Source: Marsupella aquatica
Taxonomy: Eukaryota > Plantae > Marchantiophyta
Assembly: GCA_973895155.1 (NCBI GenBank)
Contig: OZ316897.1
Location: 11,865,832-11,929,831 of the forward strand
Direction: 5' to 3'
Length of the DNA: 64,000 nt
Below are positions 26,458 to 40,631 of the stretch, one piece after another (within the stretch, counting starts at the first letter, position 1; every line of letters starts with the position of its first letter). The notes under the pieces are model-generated. The model was not told the origin of the DNA. It made no database searches and worked only from the letters and a program-made list of their open reading frames with translations. The position numbers and the translations under genes were made by a program.

Positions 26458-29400
26458 ATAGTAGACAGCGACAAATTTGAGTTGGGTCCACATTCAAGCA
26501 AGCAACATCTGTGAACGAATCATGAGCAAACTTCCTAGTACTTAGGTCATATTTGAGCAGTCAACATGCATACTGGCTTCCGTGATCATATCACTCAGGT
26601 CAAATGTAATCAATGCGAAAATGATGTGTGTCACTAACGTGGGGTTCACTGACGGAACCTACAATAGATTTGATTTCTGAAGGACTGTCTTGGTGCTACT
26701 TTTGAAGTGTTGATGGACGTGATCTCAGAGTAGTTGCGAATAAATCGTGGAAGACACACCTCACCTGCAGGGAAGGTCTGTGCTAGCAGAAGTAGGCAAG
26801 TTCAAAGGAACTGTATCACATTGAAGTTTCAATTCCGATCTTTCGTGATTGGATAATGATTAATGGCATGAGACAGTCAAGGAACCTATTTTGACCGTCG
26901 CAAATTCCCAAAATCTGTGGCTGTGACTGTATGTTCACCAAATTTTGTAACGTGGGTCGGTTCTAAATAGATTGTATTGTTGAACTCTTCTCGTTTTCTC
27001 CTGTCCTCTCTCAATCGTGTCAAGTATTAGGCCCGGCCCCCAACCAATTTCTATGGAAAGTCAATCCCCAAATGCACTGCGGGACAGTACGTTGTATCTC
27101 ATGAGGCCGGTTGATGTACTGCCTAGGTAGCTTTCCATTGTCTTTGGTTTATATGATTGATCCCTCATGTACATCTCTAAAGCAATTGGTACTGTAGAAT
27201 GGCTAGAAGGCATCCCGTCATATCTGGAGGATCTTGTGACCAGCAGGACCCAGCTACCACACTCGAGATGCGATCGATCATTTGAGTTCAGTTATTTTGC
27301 AACAGTTCTCTTTGCTAGTACGAAGAAATATCTTTGTACACGGCTTTGACAAATAGATTCGTATGGAAGTCCAATGTTTAGGCTTTGGGCTCTTGCAAAG
27401 TTTTGTGCTAACTGCTCAGTTTATAGACCACAGTTCAAGGAGGGTTGGATTCTGTACATTATAGCCCGAGAACGCCAAAACCTAATATCCAATGCGACCT
27501 ACTAGAGTGGCAAGGCGTAACTAACCCCAAATGCATACCTGGCTTGGATCGGAGATCGCGCCGGACATGTGTAGAAGTCCTTGTTGTCAAGAAGATCTGC
27601 AGGTACACAAGTATGTGCGGCTTTGGCGTGTGGGAATTCGAGCTTGTCGATAGACGAACCCCATGGATTAGTGGAGAACACATCACCAGTCAACGATAGA
27701 TTAATTTAGTCCGACTCCCTTCAGGAGTGGATCTCAATCATTGTGATCGATCTGCAACAGCTTACTGTTGTCCCTGGCTCCCTGCGGCACTCACTTGTAT
27801 GCGGACGACTATGGCGTTGCACGGACGGAGAATGTGTCGAGCACGGAATCAAACGTAGCGTTCGACTCCGACGGCTGACGCGAGCCCGTGCCTATGAGTG
27901 GTCCGCAGAGACATCAGTTACGGTACCGTATTGACGTGTTGAGGTATTGTACCCTTTGGTGTGGGACGCCATTCGAGCAGGACAATCTCTCCCCTGCTGG
28001 TAATCACACATCAAAATGTGGCTGCATTCATTGATTGAAAGAAAAAAACTAAGATTATCACGGATTATCACGGACTATCACGTGCAAGGGTGCCGTACAT
28101 AGTACATACAATCTCAAGGCAGCCTGATTGAACGCGCTTTAAAAGGTTCAAGCTTCGTACTCCTGATCTCAGTAAGTTCATTAATTAGGGACGACATCTG
28201 AGATTTCCCTTGTGCCCTCCACGGTGCAGGGAAGATCGACATCACCCTGGAGCCCCTGTCGTGCACAATCTGTGAATTCTGCACCGCTTGGGGAATGCAG
28301 CTTGCGCAGGAGCTGTGGACCATCATTTATGTGGAACCTACAGTAGAAATTCAGTAGAAGGTTTCCAGTTTTCAGATCTTTCCGAGCCTGCTGCACAGTA
28401 AGCAGTTTATTCCCATTCCCTCGAGCTGGACAGTGACATTCAGTTCTGTCCCCTGAAAAGCCCCTGAAACTCGTGCAGATTGACAAGAAACATTCTTCTG
28501 CTGTGATCCTTAGCAGAAGTCCTAAAAATCGATCAACGCAAATTACCCCACATGGCCAGGCTCCTGTCTGTACAGAAACTGTGCGAATTGTCAGCTGATC
28601 GATCTCCACCTCGTTGTGGGCACCTAGACGACGTCAGTTCCTCTGTAGCAAGACTCTCTTCCTGCACACTGCTGTCGAGCATCATCATCTTTGCAGGTAG
28701 AGGTCATATGCCAGAGGTGACGCCATATTCTAGCCAACCATCGGTAGACGGAGATGAAATCAGGGATGTAGCCTCAATTGAAGGGTGGCCTGGGAGACGA
28801 GAAGAGCTGGGAAACTTTATACCTTCTTTTCATTTAAATGGGTGCCACTACCGAGAATTATACTTTATCTATGTACAGAAACGATCTAGCTAGCAAGACG
28901 CAGTTTATATACGCAGGAAAGAAAGGCACTAATTGGGTTTCCCGCTCGCAACACAAAAGGTAAACGAGCCAATGTCAGTTGAACAACTGCTCATAGAACT
29001 AGTTTGCGACAGGCAACCCTCCAGGCAAGACTTCATGTCGTTAAAGGTTTTTATCATGGCACGAGCCCACTATTTCAAATAAAAATGTAAGCCATCACAC
29101 TAGTATTCTTTTTCCAATTGGAGGGTAGATGGGCTGATCTCAGGCTTGATGTCATCTTGACTCTTAGAACGAGACGTAGAGTACCAAATTTAGAGGCCTG
29201 CAGACCCGGCCAAACTATATAAGACATCGTTCTGAAGATCTTGTACAAATTTGACAAATTGTTATTTATGAGGGTCATCCCGCACCAACTAACGAGACAA
29301 ATAATTGGAACTGACTAACAGTTTTGGTATGCCTTAAAGTCAATTCAATATAGATCTGATTGTGATCAGGGATCTTCCATTTGCCTGGTCCATATGTTAC

Positions 29401-31039
29401 ATTCTGTGGTACAAGAAAAATTGTCTCTTGATCGCTGCATTGGATCCCCCAAAAAAGCTTACATTCATCTATTGATCCCCTTTGCAACCTCCCCAGAGAC
29501 CTATGGGCCAAATCCAAGAACTGCCGCCAAATTCAAGAACTCTTTGAATCTGCAACTTGCTTCTGTATCTAGAATTGTTTATGTACATGCTCCTGCGACT
29601 ACCACAAAGGAATGTTTTAGAAGTGCCACGGTTTCGCGGTTGCTTACAGAATAAGTCTTGGAAAATATTCATTGTCCACTTACATTGAAGAAAGTGCCGG
29701 AGAGCCTACCCACGATTAGATTCTGATGTGCACGAGAAGCTAACCTATCGGTAGTCTGTGCGGTAGTTTGCCGGTAGCCTCAAGTACCAATTTGGCACTC
29801 TGTGAGATGAACTGACAGGGCCCATACTTGACTTCAAAATCTTGATGATCAATCGTGAGCGACCCTTTTTAGTTTGCACTTATTGTAGACTAGTTCAGTG
29901 CAATTGTGGTTGAGCAAGCATATCTTAAGCAACTTGACGAGTATGGGATTGTTTTGAGCAAGAGATAAAAAGGTGCAAGTCTGACGTTTCTGCACTGCAA
30001 TACCTCAATGTTGAAGATATGGATTGATAAGTATCGTCTTATGCTGTGGGATCTGCTCCAAACTAAGTGCTCTATAAGATAACTGCATGCTTCTTATGCC
30101 CTACAAGTCGAGTATCTCGGCCGAGTACTATAGACAGCCATCAGTCTCAGAATGGGAACACTTTGGTGCTATTCCATTCATTCGATATTCACCTGGACTG
30201 TCGTACTTCAACCCTGCATCGATCGTTCACGCTCTTGTGCTTTCGATGGACAATCAGAAAGAATAGAACGTCCCAGCAAGAACTCTGCAAACAAGCAAGG
30301 AATCCCTCTGTTAATTGCAGGTTTCGACGAAAACAACACTCATTAAGATGTAAATGTCACACCGTTTAAGAAGGCAGAGGTTAGAAACAAGCCAGGATCT
30401 CCTACAGCGAAGTTCTTAATGCATGAGTGGGTAAGACCACAACACTAGTTTCTACAGAGTTCGGATCAGTTTGCATACAGTCCATCGTCGTGATGTCAGT
30501 GAAACAAATTACTAACTGGCAATGACGTATGATAACCTTTTGGTGCTTCCAGGTAGATCCAAGGCGCAAGGACTGTGCTGTACCCAAATACTCACAAACT
30601 TTAGTGCCTGTTGGAGCGCATGAACTCATATCCACTGGAAACGTGTTTGAGTTGGGGAAATAAGCGAACAGCCACTTTATAGAAGTTCCCAGGCCACTTT
30701 AGGAAACTGGAATTCCAGTCATCATTCTAGCTAGGTTTAATCCAGGCAAAACCCATTTTGTAGCTATTTGACCTGCTCCTTATGTGCTTAGCTGCACACA
30801 CCATACAGCAAGCAATGATGTGCCAGATAGTGTGGACAATATGAACATCGACCGTGTTTTATAACCAAGCATTGCTACTGCTTTCGAATTCATGCGTTCT
30901 TGAAGAAGCACTAGAGTTTCAAGAGGACTACACAGTACAGGACGCATTAGATAAGAACTGCAACAATGACTTCAACTTCTTGCATTTCCTTTAAACCCGT
31001 AGTGCTACGGAAATGGGCATATATACTGTGAGGTCCAGT

Positions 31040-31345
31040 TCCTTACACACGTATGAGGAGACCCCCCACCGTCTCGGAGACAAGAGTTAACCCAAAGAGT
31101 GGTCAAACAAATTCCGAAGCTGTCTTACTCGGCCGCACCATTCCTTACCTATTCGTTGGAACATTCATTCAGAGCAGAGTACCACAATAGTACCACACTT
31201 GAAAAGTGTCTCCTAGGGAAACTGGGCATGAGTTCCCTACACACGTAAAGGAGCACATCTTCCACCGTCTCGGAGGCACAAGTTAACCCCAATTCAAACA
31301 AATTCCGAAGCTGGCTTACTCGGTCGCACCACTCCTTCCTATTCA
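31040..31345. repeat. Diverged direct duplication of about 110 bp
   Basis: CCACCGTCTCGGAG...TCAAACAAATTCCGAAGCTG.CTTACTCGG.CGCACCA is present twice, about 190 bp apart. Confidence 0.75.
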
Positions 31346-31812
31346 TCTAGATTACGATTCGTCCTAGTCACGTACCATTCCAAGATAACAAAATAGTGAT
31401 TCTTTCGTGTTATAAAAGGGTTCGGCACGTCCATTTAAACTCTCTTCGGGAAGAAGACAATTCCACCCATTGGACACATCTCATAAACCCATCAATGCGC
31501 AATTGACATCGCTAGCAGAAGTTAGAACAGATGCTGTGCAGTATCTTGAGCTTATCGTCAGTACTGTGATGAAATCAAACCAAAGATGCTCAAATCTTGG
31601 GTATATCCATGCCAACTAAATATGCGAATGTTGACAATGTCAAGCATCAGTCAGGCTTCATATAATGCTGGCATATGAATAAGTATAGAATGCCCAGATC
31701 TTGAAATTAAAATTGAAATTGAGTCTGTGGAGACAAATCCTATCATAGGAATGCAGACAGGGCGTCGTTTTGGGTCAAGCCCGGATTCGAAAATATTATA
31801 TCTAAAATAGTG

Positions 31813-33107
31813 TCACTTGAAAAGAAGTCCTAAAATCCAAGACGCAAGAGACCCTAGAGCCCAGAATGCGACGACGAGGACTATAAGTCCTGCTATGATT
31901 GTCAATACTGGAGGACCATTGTTTTCCTCTGAGCTCTGTGTTTTCTTCTCATCCAAAATTTCCTGACCCTGATCAGAATTTGAAAGTTGCACGACCCAGC
32001 GCTTGCGATATGCTCTCCTCAAACCTGCACAATTTTCACAATTTTCTCAGGATAAAATTACAACAGTAAAACTTTGACTGTCCTGCAGGGAACTCTAAGC
32101 TCTGAATCAAAATGTGCTCAGCATGAAACGATGAGGATGGATGAAAATTCTACAATCGTGCAGAATCAGAGATCCACTTCGATGGTGTCAGCAAATGGGG
32201 CCAATAATCCGGAGTCTGAAGGCAAAAACACTACTTATTGAGGAGACCGACTGTGAGGGACCCTTCCTTGCTGGAAAAACAGTGCACGGTGAGGAAGATG
32301 AGTTCGGTGGTTCGTGTGGATAACCTTTTGAACAGAAGTACACCACCAATAGGACACTGATAAGAAGCCAAGAAAATTCTGATCGATTCCAAATTCTTGA
32401 ATTACGATTCCTAAAAGATTGTAGAAAATACCAGACAACTGTCTGGAGTTGGAGTTTTGCTTTTCCCTTGAGACTGCAGGAAATTGTAAGGCATTTTCAT
32501 GACTCTGAGAGGGGTTTATTGAAATGAGAATCCGAGTCCCTCACTTACTAACCCATTGTCCATACGGAATTATAACAACAGTGAATCCCATAAAACTTCT
32601 TTACAAAATGCTGTTCTGCAGAATGCAAAGCAAAACAAATGTACCACGGGAGAAGCAGAGTGCGTCATGCAGAAAGGCGCCATGCAGACGGAACTCATCT
32701 GGCTGAGCAACAACCACTTCGATTCAAGAATCCCAAGACCCAAAAGGTGCCTGCAAGAATCCAAGCAGCCCAGGAAGGAAGGAGAAAGGACTGAAGCAGA
32801 AAGCAAAGTAACCTTGAACAGAGAACAAGTCTGCACGGTCTTGGGTCCTGGCACCAACGCCAGCGCTTGTTACGGCATCACGAGAGCCAGTTGGAGCACC
32901 CCATTCCCTCCTCAGCCACAACCGACCACCACCAACAGAGACGGTGACCGACCGTCCCTCTCCCCGAGCAGCAGCCCAGTCCTTCTCACTACCAGTACGT
33001 GAGCAGCGAGCGGACACTCCTCCAATTCCACAGAGTAAAGTGGTAGCAAGAGCAGGAGCAGCAGCAGCAGGGACTGTAGGTGCCGCACAGAGCGCTTCTA
33101 AAGGCAT
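31813..33107 (-). CDS. Putative plastid-targeted membrane protein with a C-terminal TM segment, function unknown. Predicted exons 33107-32813, 32473-32432, (32324-32235), 32024-31813
   Basis: The N-terminus is Ala/Ser/Arg-rich like a transit peptide. GT-AG junctions all keep phase 1. The C-terminus GPPVLTIIAGLIVLVVAFWALGSLASWILGLLFK is hydrophobic. Middle exons are less certain. Confidence 0.7.
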
Positions 33108-33669
33108 TGTGACGAGAGGAGCCAGCCTGGGTGCGTCACTGCGTCCCCTGCCTGCTCAGGCGATTCACAATCAAGCCAATCTGTCGCCCAGCTTCGGGCC
33201 TCACCCACGCAGCTGCAAGATTGATGGAGAGCCCAGTAACTAGTGCACGAGTGTCTCAATCACGCCCTCTCTCTCGCATTCACCTCGCACGAGCCAGAGC
33301 ACGAACCAAGCATGGAAGTCCGTGTAGTAGTCGAGCACGAGACAGAGAACGAGCCAAGGATGGAGGTCCGTGTACTGGAGTACTGTAGTACTGGAGGAGG
33401 ACAATATCTCAGATTCTCAGCAGAGCATCTCATGATGAGGTTTCTTTTGCAACGCCATATCCACAGTCATGAGTACCTATTAATTAACTGACTTTTAACA
33501 TAACTTCAGATTTATTTAAATCTAATTAGCCGTAGATGAAGCCCAGATGGACCTTCAGATTTGTCAGAATGCTTCCATGAATATATGCAACCAGGATGGA
33601 CCTGGATGCTTAATCAAATTTAACTCCAGTAATGCTTTTGCAACGCCATATCCACAGTCAATTCAGCAC

Positions 33670-34026
33670 AAAAAGCAATCTCGAGGCTCATAAAGAGCCT
33701 CCCATACCGGACTGCCCACATTCCCTGCCCGCTGCTCGTGTTTGTCGCGAATGGTGACACTGTTTTTCTAAGTGTCACTAGCGTTTGAATGAACCCCACT
33801 TTTGGGTGGGGTGATTGTTAACATGATCATGGCTTGCCAAGATTTGACCCCAGACCTGTCGCTTCCCACCCAGACGCTCTACCATCGAGTCCCTAACCCA
33901 GTGATGACCAACGCTATACGCATACAGTATTTACCCTAATAAGATCGTCGGTTATAGCGGGCAGCAGGGGCATACGCGCTGGCTAATCATTGCTAAGTAG
34001 CATTGATTAGCCTCGATATTGCTTTT
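33670..34026. mobile_element. MITE-like insertion inside a duplicated MULE TIR
   Basis: Inverted ends AAAAGCAATCTCGAGGCT and AGCCTCGATATTGCTTTT. MULE TIR sequence is interrupted before it and resumes after it. Confidence 0.65.
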
Positions 34027-36022
34027 CGCCCATAATTAACTGATGTTTAACATAACTTCAGATTTATTTAAATCTAATGAGCCAAAGATGAAGCCCAGAT
34101 GTACCTTCAGGTTTGTCAGAATGATTCCATGAATGTATGCAACCCGGATGGACCTGGATGTTTAATCAAATTTAACTCCAGTAATGCTGTTTACTGTTCC
34201 TCACTCAAATATATTAACTCCTGTAATGCTGTTTACTGTTCTCACTCAAATATGACCTGTAAGTGGGTGGACACCTGCTACAGGCTGTATTCTATCCATT
34301 CCAGCCGGTAAGTTTCATGTACCAAAAGTAGCCATGTGCACTTCTTGATCAGGCTTCAGTTTCTTTATGTCACTAATTTATCCATCGTGGCTTCTGGAAG
34401 GACTGATGTAGTATTCACGGAGACGAGTCCCTGCTAAAGCATTTAATATGCCTCGATTCTCCCCCACAAAGCTACCGCCGTTTTCCCATCCAGCCAGGCA
34501 TTCCCCCTCGTCACTTTTCAGGCAGGTAAACACTGCCCCTGCCCATTTGCCTGCCCCTGCCCCTGCCCATTTGCCCGTGAGTAACTGTTTTTTACCTTTA
34601 CATTCAGTTTTCACTCAATTTTGAAGCACCGTCTCGGGCTTAACCTGATTTGCAAGTCTGTGAAAGTCTGTGAAAGGAGACAACTATCGGGATTGGGTTT
34701 TTTCTTCTTCTGTTTTTTCTGAAGTGGACGATGAACCGAGGGGATGAATCTCGAGTCCTTCATGGACTTTACACACTGAAAAAGTAAAGTAGCCCAGAAA
34801 AGACAATAGAGGATACACAACGTAGCCCCAGAAAGATCTACAAGGCAGCCCAGAAAAACAACAGAATTCTTTAAAAAAAACTTAGACAGATTTCTATTCA
34901 CGTTATGACATCACCGGTAAATCTAATTTTCAAATTACTTATTAAATTCTTAACGAATGGTGACAATCCTGAGCTCATTAGGAGCGTCTCTCCAAGATCT
35001 TTCCGATGCTATATTATATGTGACTTTTCATTGTGATTTGACTCAGAAATTTGAAATCGAAATTTGCAGCCGGGAAAAAGGTCGCGAAAATCTGAAAATT
35101 TCGATTCATTGTAACTCATTCAAATCTAAACTAAAATCTTCGATGTTGGATTCTTTTGAAGCGGATTGACAAGATCTTTCTAATGTATCATAGCACTCCC
35201 AAATTCTGTTGTGGATTGACATATTGACTCATTAAATTCTTGCTGCAGAGAAAAGTTGATGGAAACTGTCAGCTGCATGGAGCAACTGTGAAAAAACGAA
35301 TTCAAAGACTGAACAGTCTAATTAAGCAGAAGCAAAACCTACGATGCTATCGTTTCTCAATAAATTCATGGCCCGATTACTTACAAGTAACCATGGACGT
35401 CTGTCTGTGTTCAGTGTGTCTGGAATTCCTGAATGAAAATTGCTCAAAGCAACTCGGGTAAGAATGGACGTCTGCAATTTTCCTTTTGTTTGTTGCTTCC
35501 AGGCCAAAAGATGGCCATTTCTCGAGTCGGGCCAAATTGCTATGTGGATGTAAGAAAATAATGAAAATTGCTCTAGAGGCAAAAAAGTTAAGAATGGACA
35601 TCTGTCGGCGAGTCTCATGTTACGCTGTTGCTTAGAAGTCCAGTGCACTGGCTTTTAAAAGCGAGCTTGTAGGTTAAAAGATCTTCCCGTTCTAAGCAAA
35701 TTAAATGTTGGGTTATAAGTAAGGCTAAGTGCATGGCTGAACATATACACTGGTTAAAGTCCAGAACCCCAAATTTTATAAAAAGTCTCGGCATGACAGT
35801 ACTTCATAAAAACTTCACTCCATTGGATTGTATTCTTCAAAATGGAAGAACATTTCTATTTAATCCTTTATGTCTTCTACATAAGAGGCTGAGAATTGCC
35901 TTAGCTGACTTTCCAGAGAAATACTAGGGTATACTGAAGGCCACATGCCAACATTTGACACCTCACTTAGGCAAATAGGACTCGTTCCAACCACACTTGA
36001 CGTCTTCTCTTCTACAACTTTA

Positions 36023-39012
36023 CTAACTTCCTGGCCAGGGGTCTTCTTCTGAATAGGTGGTTTGGGAGCTTGTTTCACAGGAGCCTTTTTCTGCCGTTGG
36101 TTTCACCTTTGCGAGTCGTCTCGCATCTTTTTTCATCACCTGTGTTGCAGACGAAGTTGCACATGGATGTGTATTCTCAATGTCAACATTGTTTGCCTTC
36201 CGATTGCTAACCTGTTTTGTAGGCTTCTTGTAACGCCCCATTGACACTGTGAGATGCCAATCATGCTCCTGGTTCAGATCCAGACTTGCCAATGCTGCCT
36301 TGTCAAGTTTTTGCTGATCTGACTCTCGCAGTGTAACAATTCTGACAAAGGGAGCTGCATTCACTGGGGCCTCAGTCAAAGTTGAGCTTCTCTGTGAATT
36401 TGGTAAATGTCTTCCCCTCTTCCACATCTTGTCCACAAAAGACTCTTTCTTTTCAAGCTACGGTCTGCCCCAGGTACAATTTCGAATGCTGGTGGATTTG
36501 GCATCTTCAGCAATGGAGTAGGCCCAATTTGTACAGACTGAGTCATATCTAGCCCCAAGTGAAAAGATCTCATCTCGTAATTTTAGCAAGTCAATCATGC
36601 CAATGCTATTCAAATGAGGAATGCTCTCAACTTTACCATAAATCTCCTTTAAGACTTTTTCATAATGCCCATAGCTAAAAGTTGGATCCTCCTTTACTGG
36701 CTCACAATCCGCTCACAATCCTCCAGTAGTGTCTCACAATCCTCCAATACAGGCTCTTCTACATTTCCCTGGTCTGAATCATTGCTGGTTGGATGTCTGA
36801 TTGGCAAAGTCACACTAGCCACTTCCATATTAGGCTCTGGCCACTGTGCCCTCTCAGATTTGAGCCCACCCACCATAGTGCCATAGTGAGTTCCATAGGT
36901 TTGAAGAATCTTGGACTCACACATGCCACTCATAAGCAACAATTTTATCTGTACATCAATAGAGAAACACAAGTAATATGAGACATTGTCATGATAATGT
37001 GTTTCATATTTCATATGAAATTACAGTTGTGGCTAGGTAAGATATAAATTCACCTGATGCTTACAGGTATTTCCCTGCATGCTGGATCCACAGGTGCACA
37101 TGCAAGTATCATCGAGGTATCCTTCAAGGACGTGCCACTCTCCTGGCTTCTTCTGGCTAAGAACAAATGCAACATTGTTGCCTTCCTCATACTTGACATC
37201 ATCTACATGAATGCTCCTTGCCTTCAAGATGGTTTTCCAGATTATGTCTTCAATTTTCCGATTTATGACCCACCCTTGCCACTTATACAAGACATACACC
37301 AATAGTGGTGTTCAAGATGGTTAATCAATTGTTCTACTAGCCAAAAACCTTCCGCCCTACCTTAGTAGATTTCTCTTCCCGCAAGTATCGCTTCAGAGTT
37401 CCATGCCATCTCTCAATCGCCCCATTGGTGTTCTGGTTGGCATGGTTGAAGCTCCTGAAGTTTATAACCCACTTACTGATCTTACAATGCCAGTATGTTC
37501 TATAATACTCCACAAACAGTGGTTGCTCCCCGGGTTGCTCATCTCCCCATGATGCCATGAACCGGAAGGATTCTTCGACAGGGTCTGTGAAAGAAAACAA
37601 CACACATGAAATAAGCCAGAGCCTTCTTTGTGAAAGAAAATTCTGGAGACAAATAGGGTCAGAGTTTACATTGACAAGATGCTTTAATACTTGAATTTTT
37701 TTGCAACTGTGTTTGGGTGAAATTACCTCAACACATTCTGCTCTTCAGCTGCACAATCCACTATAAAACAAGCCGGAGCCCATGTCTTGTCCAGGCGTAG
37801 GTCATCTTGTCTGGTTCTTTCCATGGCTACCTTTACTGCAGCCAGAACTTGTAGTAAATCTCTCTCTTTGTGGGTCTCCATTAGAGCCCAACATGTTGGA
37901 ATTCCATTCTGGAATTCATCAAAACAGAGCATAGTGTACAAAGAATCCTGTACATGCACACAGCCAAGGTTAGAATCACCACTTAAACTTTTCAAAACAG
38001 TAATATAAGTCAACATGGAATAGAAACAAAATTTTAATGAGTATCACTAACCTCATACTTATTCACACCAAAAGTGGCATCCATGGACACAGCACTACCA
38101 TGCCCAAGAGTGGCCATTTTTTCCAGTTGCCACTCAGTTGCAAACACCAACAGAAAAGGAGTTTGTGTCTTCTCATCCCTCTCTTGGTACAATAACACTT
38201 GACAACCATTAGCTTGCACCCACAATTTGCATCCTAGAGCATCATCACTCGCCCAATGACTTTTCCGATTGTTAATGGCTTTCTTGACATTTTGAATGTC
38301 CTTCAAATCTAGTCCCATGTCCCTTGTCCAGACTACATTGGCTCTGTCATCACTGAACCTCTTTCTATGCTCACGTAGCTCTTCCCGCTGGGCCTTCAAA
38401 ACTCCCAGTTCAGTGACTCCTGTTCGCAAGAGCCTTTCAATGCTCTCACGAAGGTCAATGGATATTCTGGGGGCAATGTGAGCCCCCACATCCCAAGCAG
38501 ATCTGTCCTCCCAACCATGACAAAAATTCCCTGTATTATCAACATGTTTGAACTCTGTGAATTTCAACAGGCACGCATTGGGCCTTTCCATCTCCTTAAT
38601 TTGCTGAAAAACTGAATCTACAGCCTCTCCTAAAAGATGCTCCACTATGTGTAGTCTGTCGTAGTGGTTTCTCTCCATTTTGAAGAACTCTATTTTCTGG
38701 TAGATCCTCCTATATGTTTCCCCTGGCATCTTTTGGTCCATAACAGCACAGATACCTTATGGTCAACCAACCATGTTCTTTGTTTCTTACTACTGTTTCT
38801 TTTATTTTCAGGCAAGTGTTAAATTTCTCACGACATTCCTCCCCTTTGAGGAAATCTTTGAGCCTGGATTTTGGAATCCAAGCTTCTTTTTTTAACCAGG
38901 TCAAATGATCAGAAGTAAACTTCCCTGGTGCTGGAATCTGGATTTGGTCACATTGTAATGCACCATAGTGACGTCTTGATTTTATGACATTCGAAGCATT
39001 CCCATCAGACAT
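36023..39012 (-). pseudogene. MULE transposase with SWIM zinc finger, spliced and frameshifted
   Basis: Motifs VSMDATFGVNKY, FIVDCAAEE, NTNGAIERWHGTLK and SWIM CMCTCGSSMQGNTCKH. Frameshifts near 38720 and 37340. The 3' limit is approximate. Confidence 0.88.
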
Positions 39013-40309
39013 CTGACATTGAAAAATAAAAATGTAAGGACTAGTACTTGCAATTCAAAGAAACAAAGCATTTCTAATCAGAAATTACAGTTATTATTCT
39101 ATTTCATTTACTTCCAGTCACTTACTCTCTGTAAATCTCCAAAAGTTTAAGCATGCAACAGGCTCTCGTCATTCACTGACATACAGTCACTCTCAGTATG
39201 TTCACACAAATATTATTTTCCGTTAGAATAGAACACACAGGGCACATAATTTGCATTACTCACAGTTATTGTTATCATTGCATCAGATCTCATTGCAGTG
39301 CATATTCTCAATTTAGTTTTTATGTACGCACGACTACAGTAGTTCTCATTGAGTTACATGCTTTCATTACTCACATTTACTATTATCATTGCGTCAGATC
39401 TCATTGTAGTGCATATTCTCAATTTAGTTTTTATTTACGCACGACTAGTTCTCATTGAGTTACATGCTAGTCATCACATTGCGTCTTCCTTCTATCGTAT
39501 TGCGTCTTCCTTCCAATTATTAAATCTTTCTCAAAGCATAGTGTAAAACTGACATTTGTGTACAAAATGAATGTAGTCACTTACCTTGGACTTGTATTTC
39601 ACGGCATTTCACCTTCCGACAAGTTTTTATTTGCAGCATGCCAAGGTTTTGATCATTCATTCGACTCCTTGCCAACATATGACGCCGTCTGTTGATCATT
39701 CATTCGACGCCCTGCCAACATATGACGCAGTCGCTGTCAACTAAGTGTTTGGGCCTGGCTACATACATTTAGTATCATTCCTGGCACTGGCAAGTGATGC
39801 CAAAGATCTCACTGCCATCTCCAGGAGACCTCCGTCGACTACTGCTACAGTGGTAAGACAGAGTACAGGCTATTGCTTTCACTCGCATGCATAAAAGAGT
39901 ACCTTGGGATATTCCTGTGTAACCCTAAAGTAAAGTTAGGAAAGTCAGGAACTGACAGGGCGGGCACGGGCAGCAGGGCGGGCACGGGCAGCAAGAAAAA
40001 ATAACCTGGCCTGAAAAGTGACCAGGAGGTGCTGTCTGGAAGGGGAAACACGGTGGGCTCTTCCGGTGAGTTGTGGGGGAGAATCGAGGCATATCAAATG
40101 CTTTAGCAGGGACTCGTATCCATGAATCTGGATATGGCATTACGAGTATCCTCATCTCATTAGATTTGAATAAATCTGAATTACTGTTAAACATAGTTAA
40201 TAGGTACACATGACTTTGGATATGGTGCTGCAAGTAACCTCATCTCATCTTACTAGTAATCACAATCTAAAACTATTATTTAGGGCTATGGCCTGGAGTG
40301 AAGCCCTTA

Positions 40310-40631
40310 GGGCTAGGTTCCATGGGCCAGGGGCAGGGAGTATGAGCACTCCCTTTGACACCACCTTGGGCCCAAATACATCGTATGCCAAGGTGTACAT
40401 AGTATTTTAAATATATGAACTTGGACTTTAGAGCCAATGAGATTGCACTGTACTGTCACTATACATGGATAGGGGGTGCCCCTAAAGTTTAACAGGGAGT
40501 ATGAGGGGAAATCATACTCCCTTCTACCGTATTTGTACACTCATCACTCCCTGGAAAGGTGTGATCTTATTGGCTCAAACATGCTGACACACATGTGCAC
40601 TTCTCACTCCCAGCCCCATGGAACCTAGCCC
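40310..40631. mobile_element. MITE, probably Tourist/Harbinger-like
   Basis: Perfect 17-bp TIR GGGCTAGGTTCCATGGG. Flanks are TTA and TAA: a TA duplication, or a TWA duplication with one mismatch. Confidence 0.75.

Larger units (their letters stand above)
33434..40244 (-). mobile_element. Mutator-like element (MULE), about 6.8 kb, decayed autonomous copy
   Basis: Inverted ends GATGAGGTT...CCATATCCA.AGTCATG.GTACCTATTAA. An inverted subterminal block lies at about 34423-34470 and 40071-40117, and a transposase lies inside. The TSD is not clean (CATCTCAT occurs at both junctions), so termini are approximate. Confidence 0.8.

Noticed and set aside
28181-28893. Two ORFs over 110 aa on opposite strands
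   Set aside because: No recognisable domain and no consistent exon chain.
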